From: Eledone cirrhosa
Taxonomy: Eukaryota
Assembly: GCA_964016885.1 (NCBI GenBank)
Contig: OZ024742.1
Span: forward strand, 302,994,001 to 303,058,000
Length of the DNA stretch: 64,000 bases
Direction: 5' to 3'
Shown here: positions 40,440 through 54,090 of the stretch, one piece after another
Numbering within the stretch: position 1 is the stretch's first letter
Layout: every line of letters begins with the position of its first letter
Translations under genes and position numbers: made by a program
Notes under the pieces: generated by a model
Told to the model about the DNA's origin: nothing
The model's input: the letters and a program-made list of their open reading frames with translations, nothing else
The model's database searches: none

Positions 40440-42596
40440 GGCTACACCCGTGACCTGTTGGTAAAACTCACCCGAGAAGGAGAAACAATTTAGGGTGAGG
40501 ACCAGCTCGGCGAGGCGAAGGAGGGTGGGGGTGGAGGGAATGGGGGAGGGGCGAAGGTCGAGGTAGTGTTTGAGGGAGCGAAGGCCGTCGGCATGGGGGA
40601 TGACGGTATAGAGGGACTTGATGTCTAGGGTGAAGAGGAATGGCTGAGGGCCGGGTAGGTAGGTGAAGGAGTCGAAAAGGCGCAGGGCGTGGTTGGTGTC
40701 AGAGATGTGGGAGGGGAGGGTGGTGACAAGGGGGGCGAGGAGGGAGTCGAGAAAGGCGGAGATGAGTTCGGTGGGGCAGTTGCAAGCGGAGACGATGGCA
40801 CGGCCGGGGTTGTCGGGTTTGTGGAGTTTGGGGAGGAAGTAGATGGTGGGGGTGCGGGGGGTGCGGACGATGAGGTGGGAAGCGGTGGGGGGAGGAGGGA
40901 GGAGGCGATAAGGTCTTTGATGGTGGAGGAGACTTGTTGTTGGTAGAGGGGGGTGGGATCGGAGGGTAGAGGGCGGTAAAAGAGGGGGTTACAGAGCTGC
41001 CTGAGGGCTTCGGCCGTGTAGAGGTCCGCGCGCCATACCACCACGGCGCCTCCCTTGTCCGCCGGTTTGATGACGATGTCATCTCGGCTACGGAGGGAGC
41101 GGAGAGCGAGGAGTTCGCCCCGTGAGATGTTGTGCCGTTTGGAACGGTGGCGGAAGTCGAAACGATTTACTGCGCTACGGCTGGCATCGACGAAGGCGTC
41201 CAGGGTGCTAAATTGCCCTGGGGCCGGCGCCCAAGAAGATGGTCGTCGGCCCAGGGCGAGAAACGGGTCTGGGCATCCGGAGCCGGTGGCGTTCGGCTGA
41301 AATGTGCCTGTAGCTTAGTGCGTCGCACGAATCGCTCGACTTCCGTTCGGGTGCGGAACTCGTCGCTGAGCGGAGTGTGGGGTATGAAGCGAAGGCCTCT
41401 ACTAAGGAGTGAGCGCTCAGGTGCGGAGAGGGGGAGGTCAGGGGGTATGGTGACAACAAGGGGTGGGGTTTGGGTGTTTGGGGAAGGAAGGGAGGGTGTG
41501 GTGAGGGGTGGAGATTGGGTTGGGGTGGGGGTCGGGGGATAGGTGGGGAGTGGTGGGCGTATGGGGATGGGCGGGTGGTGGTGGATGGGGGGGGGGAGTG
41601 GAGGAGTGAGTGTAGCTTGCGGGCTTTGGTGGAGCTGAGGAACGAGAAGAGGTTGTGGTTGAGGTTGTGGATGAAGGAGAGGATGGTTTGGGCGAGGGGG
41701 GGGGGGGTGGCAGGTGGAGTAAAGGCGGAGGAGGGGGGGGGTCAGTTGGTGGTCAAGTAGGCGGAGGGTGGAACGGGAGACGCCGATGGAGTTGCGCATC
41801 AGAAGGCGTGAGGATCGGGTGAGGATACGTTGCGCGGAGGGGGAAGCAGCGGGGGAGGGGTGGAAGTATATATATATGTGTGTGTGTGTGTACAGATTTT
41901 TTGCACTCACTATCTGTCAAGAAATAGTGCAATGACTTATTTGAAAGCACACCTTGTCCCACAGGTTGCGCGTGATGTCCCAACATAGGATATTGTTTAC
42001 CAATATATTCATACATACATAAGCTTGCGTGTGTGCGGGCATGTGTATATATACACAAATAGAATCATGATTGTTAATTCAGTAGCGAATAGAAGCAGAT
42101 AACATAAGTGAGGAAAGAATCATTGAATCGATATATACGACCGTATGAGTATTTCATATTTTCATAATATCGGTTGATTACACAGTAAAATGTCCTGTCG
42201 TGCAATAAATATGATAGATATATTAATTTAAAGGCAAATCATTTATGAATTTGTTTCATGTGAAGTGTTTAGTGAAAAGAGCTGCAATAATGTTATAACA
42301 CTCAAGAGGTTTGACAAGCTAAATCATGGAATCCTTTATCGCCTGCTTATCTTCTGCAGTCTGGAGCTCTCATGCCATTCTTGCAAAGATATCTTTGCAT
42401 GCTGGGGTTTCATTGTTAAAATACACACACTGACACATACACATGTGTCTATACATACATGCATATATATATATAGGAAAAAATATGACCCCGACGGCAG
42501 AGCTCAAGCCGTTTCGACGGCTATTTCTGGACTAGACTAAGTATTGCGTATTCTGGTGCGTTATGGTCCATCTGGTTCCTTATCACAATTCCTTTG

Positions 42597-42694
<98 letters not shown>

Positions 42695-42756
42695 AGCAAG
42701 TGAGGTTTTTTTTACAAAATGAAAAATAACCGAGGTGTCCTACACGAGTGAAAGTA

Positions 42757-45295
42757 TAAAGAAAAAAAGGATGAAATCGAAAATGCAACTGGAGTCTTAT
42801 TTAAAAAGAATATATATATATTTATTTGGTTCCTTTACCGGTTTCGCAGTTCTTCTGCTTTTCAAAAGTAGAGTTGAGATGGAGGGTCTGTGGTTTTTCT
42901 CACATCTGTTTGGTCTTTGAATATTACTTGTTTTATATGGAAAAAAGTGGCTCGAAGCGCCAGGTTTTTAGAGAAGTAATTTGATTGGTTGGTGAATAAT
43001 TATAATAAATTTCGCGCCAGTTCGCGTTACAAAGTTCTTTAAAAACAGGGGGGGGGGGTAGATTGATTTTTCATATATGAGTGTTTGTTTGAATTTCTTT
43101 TTACTTAAAAAAAGGGGCTCACGAAGGATTTTTTTTAAAGAAACGTAATTTGATTGGTTATGAATGAAATTATGGATGTCACGTGAACAAGTTCATTAAA
43201 TTTCACGCCCGTATTTGGGAATTTATTTTGTAGCCGTTTAGAGAATTTTGTGACAAACAAAAGATAATTTTTATTTGTGTGCTTGTGTATGTGTGTAGGA
43301 AGATGATTCTATTAGTAGAAATGTTGGTGGGAGTTGTGTGTGTGTGGGGGGGGGGGGGTATGTTAAGATGGAGAGAATATATATATTTTGTGTGTGTGTA
43401 TGTGTGTAGGAAAGTGATTCTATTAGTAGCAAGAAGAATTTGCACAATTGTCTCCAATTATGAAACGCGAAATAAAAGACTTCAAGAATTAAAGGAAATT
43501 CTACTCGAAAGATATTCTACTAATAAATAATGGAACAGAAAGGGCTAAAGCAATAGGCATCGATGAATTACGAAAACAGAAACAAATTCAAGGTACGTCC
43601 AATATTCTATCATATATCTCAACACACAACCCAAGAAATGCGGAAGCTTACAACACTATTCACATCCCACTATTGAAACAAGACCCAAGAATAAAAAAAG
43701 CCCTTGAAACACACAACATAATCAAAAGCAAAAGACAACCGAAATCACTAAAAACATTACTCACTAATGCCAAATTACCTACCACAAACCCACAACCAAC
43801 TGTCAAAAAATGTGGTCGCTCTAATTGTGGAACCTGCACTCACCTCATTGAAGGCAACACGTATACATTTCAATCAGGACAAAATTTTGCTGTAAAAATT
43901 ACTTCACTTGCTCATCAAAAAATCTAGTTTATGCCATTAAATGTAAAGGATGCAATGAAGATTATATAGGACAAACTAAACTCACACTCAGAAACAGAAT
44001 GACAGTTCATCGCCAACAATTACGAGATCCAACCACGAGACAGATACCCATAAGTGCACATCTAGACATATGCGCAAGTAATAAGACACCCAAATTCCAA
44101 GTCTTCCCATTTTACCTTTGCGCTGACAATACAACAGAACAAATACGAATAAATAAGGAAAATATGTTTATTCAAAAATATAGACCAGCATTAAATATAG
44201 TTTAATATACATTATGTCAACACCATAACATGCTTCCCATCTAAACAGACACATACATACACACACACATAACACCTTCTACTTTAGAAAATAAAAACCA
44301 GAACTAAATAAACCTTAACATACGTTAATACTCTAACACCTTAACATGTTAACCCCTCCCCCCACACACATAACTCCCTCGCCCATTTCTACTAAGGGAA
44401 TCATTTTCCTACACACACACACACAATATATACATTCTCTTCATCTTAACATGCTAACCATAATCCCATACACACATAACACCCGTATACACACATATAC
44501 CCCCCCACACACACAACTCCCTCCTCCATTTCTACTAATAGAATCACTTTCCTACACACATACATACACACACAAATTATATATATTCTCTCCATCTTAA
44601 CAACTCCCCCCCCACACACACATAACACCCATACACACACACAACTCCCTCCCCCATTTCTACTAATAGAATCACTTTCCTACACACATACACACACAAA
44701 ATATATATATTCTCTCCATCTTAACATACTCCCCCCCCCCCCACACACACATAACACCCATACACACACACACAACTCCCTCGCCCATTTCTACTAATAG
44801 AATCATCTTCCTATACACACACACACACACCAGCACACAAATAAACATACATACCTCTACTTTCTTTATTTCAATAGAAAGTCTGAATTCTGACACCCAA
44901 GCGAACCAGCCATATTCACTGAACCAGAACAATTCCCCCCATCCCATTTCTCTTGACGATTATCTTTTATTTGTCATAAAATTCTCTAAAAGACTACAAA
45001 ATAAATTCCCAAATACGGGCGCGAAATTTAATGAACTTGTTCACGGAACAGTCATAATTTCAATTATAACCAATCAAATTACTTCTCTAAAAACCTGGCG
45101 TTTCGAGCCACTTTTTCCATATAAAACAAGTAGCATTCAAAGACCAACCAGATGTGAGAAAAACCACAGAGCCTCCATCTCAACTCCACTTTTGAAAAGC
45201 AGAAGAACTGCGAAACCGGTAAAGGAACCAAATAAATATATATATTTAAAAAAAAATAAGACTCCAGTTACATTTTCGATTTCATCTGTTTTCCT
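42757..45295 (+). mobile_element. 5'-truncated Penelope-like element with inverted 5' pseudo-LTR
   Basis: The coding remnant 43428-44205 reads ARRICTIVS, CGRSNCGTC, NLVYAIKC..C..YIGQT..LRNRMTVH and YRPALN. 42757-43430 is the reverse complement of the 3' UTR (about 44650-45295). The UTR holds a ~110-120-bp minisatellite at 44340-44830. Confidence 0.88.
45189..45224 (+). ncRNA. Hammerhead with U3:A8 variant core (second copy at 42833-42868 on -)
   Basis: ctt-TTGAAAA-gcag(aagaa)ctgc-GAAA-ccgg-TA-aag. Stem III palindrome ACCGGT. Confidence 0.7.
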
Positions 45296-45299
45296 TATT

Positions 45300-45402
<103 letters not shown>

Positions 45403-45450
45403 GACGTAAAATAAGAAAATTATAATAATTAACTTACATACTTAAGTTTC

Positions 45451-45526
45451 ACTCCAACTAATTAGTTTCTGAAAGGGGATATACATAGTTTCAAAACAAT
45501 GGAGAATCCTTTCTTCATCAGGGAGT
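45451..45526 (-). ncRNA. Type I hammerhead with long loop II
   Basis: actcc-CTGATGA-a-gaaagg..cctttc-a-GAAA-ctaattag-TT-ggagt. Stem III palindrome ACTAATTAGT, triplet GUU. Confidence 0.8.
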
Positions 45527-45558
45527 CAATTCTCGGCTAAGATCCCTATTGATACACA

Positions 45559-46111
45559 CTAGCCGAATTACCCGCGCCTTGCTGCGTTTCACACATTTCT
45601 TTTGTAAGAAAATGATGATTGATTTTTTAATCAATGATATAATTTATAGAGAAAAAATAAAGGCAAAATGTTAAAAAAGTAGAGACATTAACTAATAATG
45701 TTTGTTGTCATAATTCTAGTGATGTTTTGTTGATTTACGTTTAATTAATAGAAAAACTCCGTGGTATATAGGTTCCAATACTCAAGTTATGGGCTTCCAA
45801 AATTTTCACTATAGGGGGTTTAACCCCCATTAGGGTGTCTTAATATTATTGAAATTTGCTGAAATGTTTTGAATAGGCATAATATCTTATCATTTACCTA
45901 TGGCTTAAATTTCATACGAATCGAAGGGACAAAAAAAATTTCAGCGGGGGTTTGTCCCCCCCCCCGCCCCCCCCGGAAACCTTTGATTAAAATGAAATAT
46001 CCAAGTACCCTGGGCAATCCAGTTTCAGAATATATATGGTTATGGGTTCTATCTCCAAAACCATAGGGAGAATTCGTGAACAAACAAACAAACAGGCAGG
46101 AACTACAACTT

Positions 46112-46120
<9 letters not shown>
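45559..46120 (-). mobile_element. Non-autonomous Helitron-like element
   Basis: Minus strand: 5' ataaagttgtag..(GTTT)n and 3' cgcagcaaggcgcggg..CTAG|T. Confidence 0.55.
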
Positions 46121-46149
<29 letters not shown>

Positions 46150-46152
<3 letters not shown>

Positions 46153-46353
46153 CGAAGGAAATGTGGTAAGGAACCAGATGGACCATAACGCACCAAAGTA
46201 CTCAATACTTAGGGTAGTAGAGTGGGTAATAGGAACGAGTAGGACCCCGACAGCTGAGCTCAAGCCGTTTCGACGGCTAATTCTGTACTAAAATTTTAGT
46301 CCAGAATTAGCCGTCGAAACGGCTTGAGCTTAGCCGTCGGGGTCCTACTCGTT

Positions 46354-46358
<5 letters not shown>
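46150..46358 (-). repeat. Hairpin-plus-tail element (best-preserved copy)
   Basis: Near-perfect ~130-nt hairpin (about 46228-46358) plus a tail, between (TA)n tracts. Confidence 0.8.
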
Positions 46359-46446
<88 letters not shown>

Positions 46447-47628
46447 ATTAACAAAAGATCGGAAGACTATCAGTTTAGATAGCCTGAGCTCTTCAGACGG
46501 CACCAGTATTATTTAAAAAATAGTTACAATCGAACACATTCCACAAACAACTGAAAAACACAAGCAATGAAGACAGCTTCCAGCAGAGACGGAGATAAAA
46601 CGTTATTAGCTGACCAGACTCATAAAATAACAGTATAGTTATTGATAAAAAACAAAAAAATATTTTAACTTCCACGCCTCTTTTCATAATTCACAGCTAC
46701 ATCAGCTCCATGGCTGTCTTATCATAGCATTTATTGACTTTTTAATTGTTCCACTTCCAATTTTATTCTTACTCTGATTTATATTTCTAATCTGGTTCCG
46801 TTGTATCTTCACCTTCTATTTCTTCAACATTTTCTTCAGTCGTAAATCAACGTATGTCTCTGCCGACGATGAATGGACTTTGCTGATGTTCACACAAACT
46901 TTTCTTCAATTTCCCAATTTGCCAACGAAACAATTTAAACTTGACCGTAGTGATATCCATTCTATACTACCTACACACAGCTTTCCTTAAGTATGTAGTT
47001 CAAATCTGAATAATGTTCTTATTAGTCTTGATTATTAAAACTGTATCCGTATGTATGTATGTATGTATGTATGTATGTATGTATGTATGTATGTATGTAT
47101 GTATGTATGTATGTATGTATGTATGTATGTATGTATGTACGTATGTATGTATGTACGTATGTATGTATGTTCTTCTGGTTTTATAATTTCACAAATTTTT
47201 TCCCAATAAAGAGAGAGTCGGTTTCTAACATAGACACAAGACTCTCTCATTGGAATTTACACAACATCAACTAGGTAGATTATGTATGCATGCATGTGTA
47301 GATATAGATGTTATTGTATGTGTGAATGTGTACGAGGGGGCAGCCATCATGTATGTATGTATGTATGTATGTATGTATGTATGTATGTACGTATGTATGT
47401 ATGTACGTATGTATGTATGTATGTATGTTCTTCTGGTTTTATAATTTCACAAATTTTTTCCCAATAAAGAGAGAGTCGGTTTCTAACATAGACACAAGAC
47501 TCTCTCATTGGAATTTACACAACATCAACTAGGTAGATTATGTATGCATGCATGTGTAGATATAGATGTTATTGTATGTGTGAATGTGTATGTTTTGAGT
47601 TGTATGTGCGCATGTGTATATGCTTTCC

Positions 47629-49187
47629 AGACCCTGTTTGCCATATACTTTGCAATGGTTTTCTGTATTGCATTCAGGAATTGCGAGCATGGTGTTTACA
47701 TCCGATATCGAACCTCAGGCAGCATATTTAACATCAGGCGCTTTGCTGCGAAGACAAAAGTATTTACATCAGTCATAAGAGACCTCTTGTATGCAGATGA
47801 TTGCGATCTTGTAGCGCACACAGAGAGTGATATGCAGCACATTTTGAATGTATTTTCTGACGCTTGCACTGCCCTGGGTTTGACTGTCAGTCTCAAGAAA
47901 ACCGTCGTCATGTACCAACCTGCACCTGGTAGGCAGTACACTGAACCAAACATCTATGTGTATGGCAAACGACTTGGAGTGGTTGATCAGTTTCTCTTGT
48001 ATGCAGATGATTGCGATCTTGTAGCGCACACAGAGAGTGATATGCAGCACATTTTGAATGTATTTTCTGACGCTTGCACTGCCCTGGGTTTGACTGTCAG
48101 TCTCAAGAAAACCGTCGTCATGTACCAACCTGCACCTGGTAGGCAGTACACTGAACCAAACATCTGTGTATGGCAAACGACTTGGAGTGGTTGATCAGTT
48201 TGTCTACCTGGGAAGCACTGTCAATCGATACGGCAACCTTGACAGTGAAATCTCACTTAGGATTAGGAAAGCAAGTGATGCTTTCGGAAAGCTAGAAAGG
48301 CGACTCTGGGGTCGGCGAGACATATGCAGGAGGACAAAGGTAAAGGTGTACAGGGCATGTGTACTCTCTTGTCTTCTTTATGCCTGCGAGACCTGGGTCA
48401 CATATCGACGCCACCTAAAGCAATTGGAGCGTTTCCATCAGATGTGTCTCAGACGGATACATGGCGTTCGCTGGAGGGACCACATCAGTGATGTCGAGAT
48501 TTTGGAAAGCTCTATGTGTGACAGTATAGAAGCTCTTGTGCTTAAGCAGCGACTCCGTTGGAGTGGTCACCTTGCCAGGATGAAGGATTCTAGAATACCA
48601 AAACAACTCTTCTATGGAGAGTTGGTTAAAGGAAAACGACCGCCACATAAACCAAAAAAGAGGTATAAGGATTCCTTGAAGGCCTCTCTGAAAGACGCTA
48701 ACATCTCTGCTGATACATGGGAAAATATTGCTGCTGATCGTAATAAATGGAGAAAGACTGTATATGAGGGAAAAGTTGCCTTTGAGGCATCTCGAATCGC
48801 ACACGAGAAAGTAAGGCGGGACGTGAGGAAGGGTATTGCTGTTGCACTTCCAGACGGCGAGGGTCCTCCTATGTTTCTGACATGCAGCGTCTGTGCGAGA
48901 CTCTGCCTAAGCAAAGCTGGACTCGAAAGTCATCTTCGCAGTCATAAAGTAAGACCAGTGGTTGACTACCAGGCTGCTGTTGGAGATGCTACTCATCATG
49001 CTTGCCAAACATGTGGTAGAGAATGTAAATCAGCAGGAGGACTCAAGCGACATGCAAAAGTACACGAACTCCAACCACAGCCGACTATTCCCAGTAAATG
49101 TTTTGGTTGCCGACTCTGTGCAAGACATTTTGGATCATTGGCTGGGCTAAAAAGCCACATTCGATCGCAGCACTGTTAGTTGCTATC

Positions 49188-49225
<38 letters not shown>

Positions 49226-49304
49226 GCTTATGTGCGTGCGTGTGTGTGTATATATATATGAATATGTATATTATTATTGTTGTTGTCGTTATTATTATTA
49301 TTGC

Positions 49305-49356
<52 letters not shown>

Positions 49357-49424
49357 TTATTTTTTTTTTTTTTTTTTTTTTTTATTGTGCAATGGCCATA
49401 CTCGATAACGAGGGGGCAGCCATC
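47629..49424 (+). mobile_element. 5'-truncated RTE-clade LINE, copy 1 (210-bp internal duplication)
   Basis: DLLYADD, FVYLGS, LLYACETW, RLRWSGH, three C2H2 fingers and an (ATGT)n tail. 47784-47993 is duplicated at 47994-48201 with a 2-bp loss. Confidence 0.93.
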
Positions 49425-49700
49425 ATGTATGTATGTATGTATGTATGTATGTATGTATGTATGTATGTACGTATGTATGTATGTACGTATGTATGTATGT
49501 TCTTCTGGTTTTATAATTTCACAAATTTTTTCCCAATAAAGAGAGAGTCGGTTTCTAACATAGACACAAGACTCTCTCATTGGAATTTACACAACATCAA
49601 CTAGGTAGATTATGTATGCATGCATGTGTAGATATAGATGTTATTGTATGTGTGAATGTGTATGTTTTGAGTTGTATGTGCGCATGTGTATATGCTTTCC

Positions 49701-51051
49701 AGACCCTGTTTGCCATATACTTTGCAATGGTTTTCTGTATTGCATTCAGGAATTGCGAGCATGGTGTTTACATCCGATATCGAACCTCAGGCAGCATATT
49801 TAACATCAGGCGCTTTGCTGCGAAGACAAAAGTATTTACATCAGTCATAAGAGACCTCTTGTATGCAGATGATTGCGATCTTGTAGCGCACACAGAGAGT
49901 GATATGCAGCACATTTTGAATGTATTTTCTGACGCTTGCACTGCCCTGGGTTTGACTGTCAGTCTCAAGAAAACCGTCGTCATGTACCAACCTGCACCTG
50001 GTAGGCAGTACACTGAACCAAACATCTATGTGTATGGCAAACGACTTGGAGTGGTTGATCAGTTTGTCTACCTGGGAAGCACTGTCAATCGATACGGCAA
50101 CCTTGACAGTGAAATCTCACTTAGGATTAGGAAAGCAAGTGATGCTTTCGGAAAGCTAGAAAGGCGACTCTGGGGTCGGCGAGACATATGCAGGAGGACA
50201 AAGGTAAAGGTGTACAGGGCATGTGTACTCTCTTGTCTTCTTTATGCCTGCGAGACCTGGGTCACATATCGACGCCACCTAAAGCAATTGGAGCGTTTCC
50301 ATCAGATGTGTCTCAGACGGATACATGGCGTTCGCTGGAGGGACCACATCAGTGATGTCGAGATTTTGGAAAGCTCTATGTGTGACAGTATAGAAGCTCT
50401 TGTGCTTAAGCAGCGACTCCGTTGGAGTGGTCACCTTGCCAGGATGAAGGATTCTAGAATACCAAAACAACTCTTCTATGGAGAGTTGGTTAAAGGAAAA
50501 CGACCGCCACATAAACCAAAAAAGAGGTATAAGGATTCCTTGAAGGCCTCTCTGAAAGACGCTAACATCTCTGCTGATACATGGGAAAATATTGCTGCTG
50601 ATCGTAATAAATGGAGAAAGACTGTATATGAGGGAAAAGTTGCCTTTGAGGCATCTCGAATCGCACACGAGAAAGTAAGGCGGGACGTGAGGAAGGGTAT
50701 TGCTGTTGCACTTCCAGACGGCGAGGGTCCTCCTATGTTTCTGACATGCAGCGTCTGTGCGAGACTCTGCCTAAGCAAAGCTGGACTCGAAAGTCATCTT
50801 CGCAGTCATAAAGTAAGACCAGTGGTTGACTACCAGGCTGCTGTTGGAGATGCTACTCATCATGCTTGCCAAACATGTGGTAGAGAATGTAAATCAGCAG
50901 GAGGACTCAAGCGACATGCAAAAGTACACGAACTCCAACCACAGCCGACTATTCCCAGTAAATGTTTTGGTTGCCGACTCTGTGCAAGACATTTTGGATC
51001 ATTGGCTGGGCTAAAAAGCCACATTCGATCGCAGCACTGTTAGTTGCTATC

Positions 51052-51089
<38 letters not shown>

Positions 51090-51168
51090 GCTTATGTGCG
51101 TGCGTGTGTGTGTATATATATATGAATATGTATATTATTATTGTTGTTGTCGTTATTATTATTATTGC

Positions 51169-51220
<52 letters not shown>

Positions 51221-51284
51221 TTTTTTTTTTTTTTTTTTTTTTTATTGTGCAATGGCCATACTCGATAACGAGGGGGCAGCCATC
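49701..51284 (+). mobile_element. 5'-truncated RTE-clade LINE, copy 2 (uninterrupted frame to 51043)
   Basis: Essentially identical to copy 1, with the same 5' junction. The first ~40 aa of the 487-aa ORF are flank read-through. Confidence 0.93.
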
Positions 51285-51356
51285 ATGTATGTATGTATGT
51301 ATGTATGTATGTATGTATGTATGTACGTATGTATGTATGTACGTATGTATGTATGT

Positions 51357-53524
51357 TCTTCTGGTTTTATAATTTCACAAATTTTTTCCCAATAAAGAGA
51401 GAGTCGGTTTCTAACATAGACACAAGACTCTCTCATTGGAATTTACACAACATCAACTAGGTAGATTATGTATGCATGCATGTGTAGATATAGATGTTAT
51501 TGTATGTGTGAATGTGTATGTTTTGAGTTGTATGTGCGCATGTGTATATGCTTTCCATCTATACATGTGTATATTCAGTTATTAGATGCAAAATATTTGG
51601 AATGTTTTACATATTTTTACTGTTCCATTAATGGATTGTACTTGTAATTTCCTAACTAGTTGTGTTCTTTCTGTTCCTGTGAAGCCTAGCTTCTCAAGAT
51701 TTGTATTGAGGCAGTTACTAACATACCCCAGTGCCCCAATAATCACAGGCATAAATCTGAAGGTGTAATCAGGGTGGAATATCTGCAGATTTTTCATCAG
51801 TTTTGCATAAATATTTTCCTTTTCACTAATCTTTGATATTATATTGGCATCTGCTGGGCAGCTAATTTTCACTACTGTGCATGCTTTCTTCTCCCTGTCC
51901 CATATCATAATGTCTGGTCTGTTATGCCTGCATTTTATTGCGGTTTTTACTGGAACATTCCACCAGTACTCTTTCATATTATGTACATGGATGTCTTCCA
52001 CATTGCTGTAGCTTTTAATGTGTTTATTATCGGGGCTATCTTTTTTACGAACTGCATTGTACAGTGTTTTGGCCACTATATCATGCCTCATAGGTAGATA
52101 GTACCGTGATGACGTCTTTGGACAGCTGCTGATGACATGGGTGATATCCTCAATGTTAGTTCTGCAGAGTCTGCACTTGTTATCACATCTAGGTGTTTTG
52201 CCTGCATCCCTATCTCTTTTGTTAATCAGGTATTTCGTGTTAATCTCCTGTTTTTGGATTGCAAAAACGTATCCTTCAAAGTGGGAGTCAATATAGCGGT
52301 TGTTGGACAAGATAGACTACTTTCCTTATCTATATTACTCTCACTCTGGAGCTTCCTGGCAACATATCCATGCATGATTTTTTTCTGATAAGCATGCAGT
52401 TTTCATCCATGGATTCACTGCGATAGCGCTGAGCGTTGTTTAGTATTTTTCGACTTCCAACATCAAAGGCTCCGATTTCCTCTATCGTCCAATTGAGTAT
52501 TCCAAACGTTGGTGTTAGGACAGGCACATCAAACATATTGTGAGCCACTGTTTTGTTTTGCGCAGAGAGTTCCGATGACCAGATCTTTCTTAATCGGGTG
52601 TAGTATTCCCTGGTTACGCGTTCTTTATTACAGACACCATTATAGGATATGTTCTCATCTATCCCCAGGTATCTGTAGCAGTCCTCATCAGATATCGGTG
52701 AAACAGTTAGGCCAATGATGACAATGTTGCTAGATTGGATTGTTGTTTTTCCCCGCTTTACAGTCATATATAAGCATTTATCTTGGCCAAACTCCATTCC
52801 TATATCCTTTGAGAACGTTGTAACCAGGTCAAGATTTTTCTTCATCCCATCCATGTCCTTGGCATAGAGTTTCAGATCGTCCACATAGAAATTATGGGTC
52901 AGGTTCGTATTTCTGTCCTCCTGTGAGCCAATGAGGTATCCTTCACATTTCTTGAGCAGAAAGGCCAAGGGGTTTAATGACAAGATGAATAATATCACAG
53001 AGAGAGACTGTCTCCCTGAAATATACCCGTTTTAGATATTTTATTTTATCAGTGCAAATAGAGTCCTCCCTCTCTGTCTTTAACAGCTTTTCTTTGGCTC
53101 TGACAATAATGTCTGGGACTTTAGCTAGTTGGAGGGCCTCTATCATCTAAGAGTGGGAAACAGAATCGAAAACTTTCCTATAGTCCAGTCAGACTGTAGC
53201 CATATTCCTCCTAAGTTGTCGCACCTCCGACATCGCAGTTTTGTTGATTAGGAGTTGTTCAGCACATCCCCAAACCCCTTTCTTTCCAGCTGCTTGTTCA
53301 TCTGTGATGATGTTATTATTTTCACAGTGATCTTGGAGGAATAGGTTCAGGCAGGTTGTATACATCTTATACACCAGGTTCTGGCGTGCAATGGGTCGGT
53401 AGTTTTTTGCCAAGTGGGTGTCTTTATTCTTGGGACCAGTAATGTTTGTGCTAATATCAACCATTCTGTTATAAGTGTATCTCCCTTAAGAACTTGTTGG
53501 TAGAACTCAGTAAGATACCTCCGA
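51357..53524 (-). mobile_element. R4/Dong-clade LINE with RT remnant, CCHC, RLE and 3' UTR
   Basis: FYVDDLKLY; CRLC..H..SSC; RHDIVA; HNRPDIMIWD..ISCP; PVIIGALG. The 3' UTR (51357-51581) ends in (CATA)n. Confidence 0.92.
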
Positions 53525-53555
<31 letters not shown>

Positions 53556-53565
53556 TGTATGTATG

Positions 53566-53596
<31 letters not shown>

Positions 53597-54027
53597 GAGT
53601 AAATGGCCATCCAAAATCACCGGGAGAGATGACCCCTTAGCCTTTGTCAAGGCAGAATTCTAGGAGAAGCAAAACTCTGATATAACACCTGCAACCCTGA
53701 TGGTATCCAATGATGTTGACTTGTTCTTTTTGGTAAATATCATCTTGGTTAAGAGAGTGGGACTGGCTTTGTGCAGTGCCTTTGCTCACTATAAAAGCTT
53801 CACGGCACAGGCATTGCTTTATATCTGGAGATCTCTCTGCACTTGTCGACACATGGTACCATGGGCCCAGCACTATGTGTCAATAATTGTCACAAGTGTA
53901 GTGTTTGTACCAGAGTTTTCAAGTCGCTGGCTGGACTAAAAAGTCACACTCGTTCAGCGCATCGGTAGGGATTCTCCTACATGGATATAAAGTAGTGGCC
54001 GTACTCGAAAACGAGTTGGCAGCCACC

Positions 54028-54090
<63 letters not shown>

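Larger units (their letters stand above)
37810..41866 (-). mobile_element. Penelope-like element (Neptune-type): RT, Cys linker and GIY-YIG, frameshifted and 5'-truncated, with ~1.4-kb 3' UTR
   Basis: LLSRGLRFIP, IKPADKGG, LDIKSLYT, GVAMGTRMGPNYANLF and RYIDD. Linker CSRPRCNTC. NLVYGLRC..C..YVGQTGRRLADRVTEH ending in PPGLN. AATAAA near the 3' end. Confidence 0.93.

Noticed and set aside
46470-47030. Possible decayed PLE endonuclease end with a half hammerhead (ctgaagagctc on -)
   Set aside because: No GAAA half, and the protein similarity is too faint.
49580-49700. N-terminal 40 aa of the 487-aa ORF as a real fusion protein
   Set aside because: It starts at a TTG in antisense Dong 3' UTR, so this is chance read-through into a truncated RTE.
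53596-54028. Possible second R4-like 3' end with a (CATA)n tail
   Set aside because: Too degenerate to support.
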